64,000 nt of DNA, taken from the NCBI RefSeq assembly GCF_001194135.2, contig NC_068995.1, positions 54,005,811 through 54,069,810 of the forward strand, in the 5' to 3' direction. Each line of letters starts with the position of its first letter. Position 1 is the stretch's first letter. Of the stretch, positions 55,111 through 64,000 are shown piece after piece. The stretch is from Octopus bimaculoides. Taxonomy: Eukaryota. The position numbers and the translations under genes were made by a program. Below the pieces are notes generated by a model. The model saw only the letters and a program-made list of their open reading frames with translations, had not been told where the DNA came from and searched no databases.

Positions 55111-55216
55111 CACGAGAGGTGTATGAAATTCTTGAGCCTCAAAAAGACAAAACATGGTACAAGACTCCAAGTCTCAAAGGCGTTGGAGGCTCAAAACTTT
55201 TCCTACGCCCCTCGTT
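55111..55216. mobile_element. Mariner-type MITE (about 105 bp)
   Basis: Imperfect TIRs of about 28 bp: cgagaggtgtatgaaattcttgagcctc versus the reverse complement cgaggggcgtaggaaaagttttgagcctc. It sits in TA context. Confidence 0.75.
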
Positions 55217-56782
55217 TATATACATACAGAAATGCAGTGTGAAAACAGTTGATTCTCTCCCCATCACTGTCAGCAAGCTTGTTCAAGAAATTATTTTCGC
55301 TATGGAATGTGATCTCTATCTTGACCAATTTTGACACATCATTAAAATACAATAGTGAAACAGCTTTCGTGAAAGTAGATAATATTTAGTAAATGTTAAA
55401 CAAAATTTCAATCTGTTTTATAGTTTTATCTCTCATGTTTTATTTAGGAAACAACTAAAAACATGAGCTACAGACGATAGTTATAAAAACTACTCTGTTT
55501 ACATAGGCAAAATTGAGTGGCGTCTGTAAGTTTATCAAATTCTGAAATATTCACTACAGCACTCTCATTAATTAAAAAAAGAAAGATAGACTAAAATTGC
55601 ATTAAAAATTTAAGAGACAAATATGAATAATGGAAGTGTAACTATAATATTCTTAAAAGTCATCAATGTTTATGAATATATTTTTAATTAATAGCTATGA
55701 GATAAAATCAACGCAGACTGTATAAGCATTCTTCTAAAATGACTATGAGTCACAGAATATTTAAAGGTTAGACAATGGTGGTAGTAAAATATTGATCAGA
55801 AAAAAGAGAGGTGTAAAGCGGAATAAATTTTCTTTTATGCTATCACTATTCAGGAATAGCCAAATATCGATTACTTATGTAAGCTCCAGGCCAAAACTTG
55901 TAGTATATTAAGGTTAAAATGTTCCCGTTTACAATAGCTATGGTGTTCTTACGAGTAACAAAATCAAGTCTGGTTGAAGAAACCTATAACTAAACACCCT
56001 CTTCGTGGTGCCCATCCATTATTCTATTCCGACATTGTGTAGAGACTCCCGCATAATATAACATGTATCGTTGATAGTTTTGAGGTGATTCTATGATATT
56101 ACTAGGAGAAGTGACTATTACTTCGTTCTAGTCGAGCGTCAACGTAATGGCACCCTTAGTGGTTCACCAAAAGTTATTTATTAATGAATAGACAAAGAGA
56201 AACAGGCATGATTTGAACTAGTAATGTGAAGGATGCCAATAAATAAATACAATACAGATTTTAATGACTTTCTACGGAACGAAATAGTAAAATATTTTAT
56301 TTATTTCGTTCACATACAATTTTGCTTATGCAAACAGGTAGTGGATTACTGGTCATGAATACTGGGTGCGAATTTAATCCTCAGTGAGATAAACAGGGAT
56401 GCTAATGTCATTTAACCGGGTTTTATATCAGTATGGGATAGTTCTAAGATAAATAAATTAAGATGTTTTGCTCGTCAGTTCATGTCTTCTTCGCCTTTCA
56501 GATAATAACATTTTCAACGAAAATATTGCATACCTAGAGAATTGTCATAACACATTTTAGAGGTCTGTGATATTACCACAACCAAACCAAAGAATTTCCT
56601 GAACTGAATTAGAATCCGTTTTAGAAAAGTTTTTGACATAAGCGCAGGCATAGTTATGTGTCTAAGGTAGAATACTTTGGCAATTACATGCATTCTGTTT
56701 CAGTCCCACTGCTCGGCACTTTTGGATGTGTATATATATTGAACCCTCATTTGTCGTTCACAACAAAAGAGTCCATCATATG

Positions 56783-56875
<93 letters not shown>

Positions 56876-56890
56876 GTGTGCGCGCGCGTG

Positions 56891-57249
56891 TGGAGGCGCA
56901 ATTGCCCAGTGGTTAGGACATCGGACTCGCGGTTTGATTCCCAGACCGAGTGTTGTGAGTGTTTATTGAGTGAAAACACCTAAAGCTCCACGAGGCTCCG
57001 GAAGGGAGTGGTGGTGAACCCTGCTGTATTCTTTCACAACTTTCTCTCACTCTTCATGTTTGTGTTGTACCTGTATTTCAATGGGCCAGCCTTGTCACAA
57101 TCTGTGTCACGCTGAATCTCTCTGAGATCTACGTTAAGGGTACACGTGTCTGTGGAATGCTCAACCACTTGCTCACTAATTTCACGAGCAGGCTGTTCCG
57201 TTCATCAGATCAGCTGGAACCCTCGACGTCGTAAGCGACGGAGTGCCAC
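56891..57249 (+). mobile_element. Full-length tRNA-derived SINE of a third family (about 360 bp)
   Basis: Head tggaggcgcaattgcccagtggttagga with B-box-like ggtttgattccc, and a body ending gaaccctcgacgtcgtaagcgacggagtgcca. It sits right after (TG)n. Confidence 0.85.
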
Positions 57250-58779
57250 GACGGCGAATTATTATCGACTGGCATGTCTCTGACCATGCTATATTACAAA
57301 ATCTATCCAGGTGCTTGATTAAGAAACCAATATTTGGTGATACCTGAACAATGATAGCCTAAAAGTTAATATATCCCATTCACCCGAAGCATGTCTCTTT
57401 TTCTTCTCTTCGCTCTTTTGCTATTACTATTGTTTCACTTTTAAATAATATATCACTTGTGGCCGTTTCCGCCAGTCTGCGATGATTATAACCCAAGGCT
57501 ATTAATTAAAAATATATTCATAACCGTTCAGACTTTCAAAAATATGCTAGTAAACCTTCCATTATTGATATTCGTCTCTTAAATTTTAAATATGGCGTTA
57601 ATGGCCATTTCAACAATTTCTTTTTCCTCTACGATATTGCAGTATGAAATATTACAGATCTTGATAAACTTACAGACACCGTTAAATTTGGCCAGTATGA
57701 AGAGAGTGGTTTTATAACAGCCATATATAACTAATATAATTGTTTCCAATGTAGAACAGGAGAGATAAATACCGAACAGTTTGAATTTACATGTTTCAAA
57801 TAATATATACTATATACTCTTCAGGAAAGTTGATCATCTATTATATTTTTAATGATGTGACAATTTGGTACGCAAGACTTATAGAGAACTCAATTTTCAA
57901 TGCAGTTCTCTTATTAGACAAGTTGTAAGCAGTGCTGTCAAGAGACTAATACTGCTTTCCCCGTTGTTATAATTTCTTCGTGAATTTATTGTTTCTAAAC
58001 TAAAAACACTGAAAGTAGTGTACCTAACAAAATACACTAGCGTATCTTTATTTGTATTCCTTTATGTTCGCAATTTAAAATCTGTATTGTAATCTCTCTA
58101 TTACGAATGTTAGAAACCAGTCTTAATATTGGTATTTGAAACATGAAACTTTCGTACTAAATGCTATAAAATTCTTACCTTATATGTCTTTAAATTTGTA
58201 TGTTTAAATGCAAATTGACTCATTTGCTATTCATTCCACCGAGATCTATATAAAACTGACATTAAATGGAAATGTCTATAACCTTCATCTAAATATGTGT
58301 AGCCTTTTGCAAATGTATACATTGGAAAACATTTCTTGGGCCGCAATCAAACAATTTATTATTTATTATTATTATTTATTATTTTATTATTATTCTTTTG
58401 GTTTTCACTAATATTTGCCTTCTTGAAATGACTTGATGTAGAAAAATTAGTGGATATGAATGCGACATGTGAAACAGTACAATGGAAATACCGGAAAGTA
58501 ATAACCCGCACATGCGTCAAAAATAACCACAGGTACCGTTGAAGCAATACTATATAGGATGGAAATATTAATATACAGACGTAATACACCATGTCTCTAT
58601 GATATGAGCTTTGAAAATCGCGTTCCAAGTAATGGCTGATATTGTTGTCAAATAGTCGCGCAGAGTGTTCCATATTAATTTGCATATAGTATATATCAGG
58701 CTATAATCACCCCAACCACTTTTCCATTTCAAAGAACAGTTAGCATTGGAAAGAGAATTGGCCTGGTTTTCAAATTATA

Positions 58780-59300
58780 GAAACGTCTCCCAGCGGTTCT
58801 CAAAACATTATGACATATTCAGGAAGCTGGTCCATCGAACTGGTTCACCAGGCAGTTCGCAAGAACAATTTAAGAGGAAGCCACACTCAATACATATCTG
58901 ACTTTCACGTTCAAATTACCATATTGTATACTTCCGTATCAGAACACCGACAGCAGAATTGGCAAAATCTGGTAGAGCCAACATATATGGTGAAAATGGC
59001 AAAATGACATGAAGCAACGATCAACCGATCCCAACATGGCAGCAATATACCACAACCGCCTGACATGTTCGCACCAGCTGCTACAGAAAATCGACCAATG
59101 AAGAGTTAAGATCAAAGTTAGGCCGTCAAACATCTCCCGAAGCTCGTGGTTGACTAATCCATCCACCTTTGAAAAGCTACAGAGTTAGCAAACAATGCAG
59201 CAATGGCCTAAAAAGTGTATGTCATCAAATACCTTACGCACACTGTATATGATGTCGGTGGTAGTTAAGACCATGTCAACTCTAGTGGATCTGACCTAGA
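58780..59300 (+). mobile_element. Possible decayed non-LTR retrotransposon fragment
   Basis: Raised GC and a remnant TNEELRSKLG resembling the LINE C-terminal R.TNEEL motif. The clade cannot be assigned. Confidence 0.3.
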
Positions 59301-60226
59301 GTCAAAGTTGTTGGATCACTGATCAGTCTCCTGTTTTTAAGTGTATGCCATACTATATTTGCCAATATTTACATTGGCCAATATTTAGTATTATAAACAA
59401 CATATTCTGACGTGATTTGAAGGGAAACTTGTATCAGACCAAACAATTACTCCCAAGTTCGTTAAGTCGTTCTAACACTAAAATGTAGGTCCTGGTTATG
59501 CATTTAGTGAAGTGCATTCATCAAATTAGATCTCAAAATTGTTTGGCTTGCAGACAGATTTCCGGCGGTTCATTAATATTCATCTCTCTTATGGACATTA
59601 AAAAAGAAAAAGAAAGAAGAGAGTAGTTTTATTGATGGTTCGTGGAGACTATTCGCAAGTGGCTCACATGTATTTTTTTTTATCTCTTATTTAAACAGAA
59701 TCTGTTTGTCTTCTTTGCAAGCCTTAAATTCTGCCAAAGCAAGTTATTGATGATAAAAAAAATAAGAAAATTAAATCGGGAAATTGTTAGCAATTCAGTC
59801 TCCGGAGAAGATGCTGTCTCTATGGTTCGCATCAACAGCAATGGTGATGTTGGTGTTAGCGTTGGTGTGGGAAAGGGATTTTCAAAAATTTCGAAGAACC
59901 ATGTTATTTTTGTTCGATCAACGGGATTACATGCAAAGGTACAATAACAGACAATGCCATTTTTTTCTATGTTGATAGAATATTTCAGCTTTGTATTCTT
60001 TCAATTACCCTTTAAATATATTCCAATTTTACTCTCTAAAAATTCTACATTTACATAAGGAAAACGAAATAAATCATAATGTTGAAATTTTTTTCTCATC
60101 TAAAATTAAAGAATTTCCTATTTTTTTCTACACAGTATATATTTTCTGCTTCATATTTCGCGCAGTTTATTTCTGTCTCTGTCTCTGTCTCTCTGTCTCT
60201 CATACACACCCACCCACATACATATA

Positions 60227-60271
<45 letters not shown>

Positions 60272-60865
60272 GTGAACGCGCATGTGCAGAAAGAAAGTTA
60301 CTAGTTAAGCGTAATTCGAATGTGTGACAGGTTTCANNNNNNNNNNNNNNNNNNNNNNNNNNNNNNNNNNNNNNNNNNNNNNNNNNNNNNNNNNNNNNNN
60401 NNNNNNNNNNNNNNNNNNNNNNNNNNNNNNNNNNNNNNNNNNNNNNNNNNNNNNNNNNNNNNNNNNNNNNNNNNNNNNNNNNNNNNNNNNNNNNNNNNNN
60501 NNNNNNNNNNNNNNNNNNNNNNNNNNNNNNNNNNNNNNNNNNNNNNNNNNNNNNNNNNNNNNNNNNNNNNNNNNNNNNNNNNNNNNNNNNNNNNNNNNNN
60601 NNNNNNNNNNNNNNNNNNNNNNNNNNNNNNNNNNNNNNNNNNNNNNNNNNNNNNNNNNNNNNNNNNNNNNNNNNNNNNNNNNNNNNNNNNNNNNNNNNNN
60701 NNNNNNNNNNAAATGTTTTCTAAATTACGCAAACATGTGAATAACACAGACAACTCATTTTAACAGATGTATTTACCAAAGTTGCATTAAAAAAATCTTG
60801 AAATACTAAAGTGTAAATTTACTCAATAAAATCGCCATTAGTTTTAACTACACTCTCCAGAAGAT

Positions 60866-61263
60866 TTCGGAGCGCTCTACACGTAATAATCAAAGGGGTT
60901 GCAGTCTTAGGAGTTAGGTGGTCAGATGTTAGGGATGATGTGGTCGCAGAAATTTTCTGACAGCCATGACTGGGTTCCCCTGTTTGTGTGGCATTGTACA
61001 GAGTCCTGTTGTCAGATGTAAGGTCTTCCAGCAGCCACTCACTTGATCCTCCAGGCTCTTGATGTAGGCCTCCGTATTAAGTATGAGGCGGTGTGAGAAG
61101 AAGAAGGAAGCCGTCCTTAGTGATCACTACAAATGTTTACTGGATGTTTGATTTTTTATCACTCTTGGTATGTGTCTTCAGATTGACACGCAAGCACTCT
61201 GAAATGTTCGTATTGGAGATTCCAGCGCGAATCCCAAGCAGTATATGATGTCGTTTGCAAATT
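60866..61263 (-). mobile_element. Internally deleted Tc1/mariner (maT/DD37D-like) transposase remnant
   Basis: Minus-strand ICKRHHILLGIRAGISNTNISECLRVNLKT (N-terminal HTH) is joined directly to VITKDG..RLILNTEAYIKSLE...QQDS...WLSENFCDHI...DCNPFDYYV (catalytic C-terminal half), with frameshifts. Confidence 0.8.
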
Positions 61264-61278
61264 TTCCTATATATATAG

Positions 61279-61325
61279 AGGCGCAGGAGTGGCTGTGTGG
61301 TAAGAAGCTTGCTTCACCACGCATG
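61279..61325 (+). mobile_element. SINE head fragment (second family)
   Basis: aggcgcaggagtggctgtgtggtaagaagcttgcttc. Confidence 0.75.
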
Positions 61326-62001
61326 AACAGAACAAAGTGGTTGGTGTCAACCAAAGAGACAACACGGCTAATTCTTGAAAAACTGAAATTGACCTGTTTA
61401 CGAAATGGAACGATTAACCATAAAGCAGTCTTCGAGTTAAGACCAAAGTTTTGATGTTTATAGCCGTTTTTCGAACTAGTAAATTGTCTCTGATCTTGAT
61501 CCATTATAAACTTAGATTTTATTTTACTTTTATTTTCTCTTCAAATTGCCGATTTTATATTAAACGAATCTGAGATTTTATTAGAGAATACTACATCCAC
61601 ATTTCCATTAGCAGAACAAGAATTTTTAACCCGGTTAGCAACAATCTTACGATTTTTCCTTTTGTTGTAAATATAATTGTTCACCATTTTTTTTCTCACT
61701 ATTAAAATAATCTACTCTTGTCATTTTATCAACTTGAATATTTGATTTTGAATCTCCATGAATAGATTTGTCATAAGTAGATTTGTTTATAGTTGTGGAT
61801 TTTAGGTCCGCCGTATTAAAATTACTATTTAAATCTGATTCGCGATATTTGATTTATTCAACCCAATTTTATCATTACATCCCGCTTTTTTCAGTGACAA
61901 TTTCAGTCTAATTACCAAAAGAGTTCTGTATNNNNNNNNNNNNNNNNNNNNNNNNNNNNNNNNNNNNNNNNNNNNNNNNNNNNNNNNNNNNNNNNNNNNN
62001 N

Positions 62002-62041
<40 letters not shown>

Positions 62042-62287
62042 AACGTAAGTAATTTATTCCCTAGTTACTTTAAATGGAGAAGTTTTATCTATATGAAAAA
62101 CATTAGTGTATTTTTGCTCAAAATAGTGTCCTCCGTGCCATGGGTCGCAGCCAGTGAGAGGTTTTGTCTTTTGCCTATCATATATCATTTGGTAGACAAT
62201 AATTTGCTTTACAAGGTTAACCACCCGCGTGAGAAGTTGCTTTTCTTATGAAACGGGCACTTATCATCTACAGTAACAATCAAATAA

Positions 62288-62381
62288 TTTTGGTTTCAAA
62301 TATTTGTACAAGACCAGGAGCTTCGGTGGCACTTTTGTCAATACAATTAAGAATATCTCTATTGAAGAGCAACATGACTTG

Positions 62382-62464
<83 letters not shown>

Positions 62465-62646
62465 TTCTTCCACTTGAAAGTATAGCATAGTCGATTCTAT
62501 CAACCTCCGTGCTCAACTGATACTTATTTAATCGACCGCGAAGGGATGAAAAGCAAAGTGGAATTTACACTCAGAACGCAAGGAAAGATGAAATACCATT
62601 CAGCATTTTGCCAGCGCGGTAGCGATTTTGCCAGATCACCGTCTTA
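62288..62646 (-). mobile_element. tRNA-derived SINE interrupted by an insertion of about 160 bp (62326-62487)
   Basis: The SINE begins ttttggtttcaaatatttgtacaagaccagg, breaks, then resumes at tagtcgattctatc...gatgaaaagcaaagt...cattttgccagcgcggtagcgattttgccagatcacc. Confidence 0.8.
62326..62387 (+). repeat. 62-bp sequence identical to 63655-63716, followed by (ATT)n
   Basis: gtggcacttttgtcaatacaattaagaatatctctattgaagagcaacatgacttgttttta is present at both sites. Confidence 0.95.
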
Positions 62647-63654
62647 CACTCAAACAATATTGACACAGATTCAATATGTAATTGAGATTGTTGCATCTTT
62701 CGGGAATCATAAATTTTTTACTGCAAATTTTCTGTTAAAAACATATATTGGAGTTTGTAAGTAAACTTCTAAAATTAGGTTTGTTTTTCAATACAACCAT
62801 TTTCCATTCAATTTTAAGCAACAGGATATAAGTTAACTACCGATGTACCAACCTGTATAAAAGGAAAAGAAAAATAACATAATATCGTGTATTCACTTTT
62901 CGCATTGTATTTTTTATATATTTTTCCCAGTTCATTTTCAGCAAACGTATATATCATAGATCACAAATCTCAAATCAATTATTAAACTTGGAAAATAACA
63001 CCGCCTTTGGATACTAAGATTGAATTTCATCGAGGTTGGCTTTGATTTGTTACTAGTCCGAATCAATCAACTTGATCTTTCTGCCATACAAATTGGCACT
63101 GTGCCTACTCAAATGAAAATATTAAATGATAATCAGAGAAATGATTTGCATGCTGGAAATATAATATTACTAAAATGTATAATCTATCAAATTACAAGCC
63201 GTTTTATATCGAATAATTACTGGAAGTAAAATCCTTCATCAGTCGGATTACAAAACGTTTCGTTGTGTATCACGACTCGTATTATATATGTGTATTGTTT
63301 ACTTCTTTCTTGACTTATTATTGAAGATGCAGTTTAACTCACGCCATAAAGAAAACACAATGGCTTTCTTGACATGAAAGAGACAGCATAACGTAAAAGG
63401 AGGAATAGAAAGGCTGATGGTTTGGATACATTAACATATAACTAAATTGATTAATCGTGATTATGGGAATTTGTGTGACACATCAATCGAATACTCCAAA
63501 CATATTCTATAAATGCCTTAATTAATTAGCCATTCAATACATCTTTCATCTTTCCTCATTTGCCGCAAGTTGTCTAACCTTCATCAAAAAACGACACAAT
63601 CATTAAGGGTAGAGGCAGATACAAATACAGGTATTAAGATGTGTGACATTCATC

Positions 63655-64000
<346 letters not shown>

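Noticed and set aside
63233-63262. Minus strand has GAAACGTT followed by CTGATGA, suggesting a permuted hammerhead
   Set aside because: Stem II cannot pair and stem I is marginal, so it is likely coincidental.

Overview
This is AT-rich eukaryotic DNA, dense in microsatellites, from a gapped draft assembly. There are 13 N-runs (8961-9003, 14946-15023, 16742-17437, 19381-19489, 32319-32703, 35239-35744, 37343-38106, 43014-43141, 46949-47142, 50459-50640, 53324-54060, 60337-60710, 61932-62001), nearly all bordered by simple repeats. The SINE and transposon families resemble those I recall from Octopus genomes; this is an inference and no search was run. I found no recognisable intact host gene, rRNA, tRNA gene or CRISPR array, and almost all long ORFs in the track are artefacts of microsatellites or N-runs. 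The window reads as intergenic or large-intron DNA layered with transposon fossils: tRNA-derived SINEs, R4/Dong-like, L1/Tx1-like and RTE-like LINE remnants, a deleted maT/Tc1-mariner element, mariner MITEs and a FLYWCH/MULE remnant. The most notable signals are two degenerate minimal hammerhead-ribozyme motifs of the Penelope-like-element type (44577-44626 minus, 37126-37161 plus), several closely spaced inverted SINE pairs, an exact 62-bp duplication and a few weak exon candidates. I see no evidence for a novel multi-gene system.
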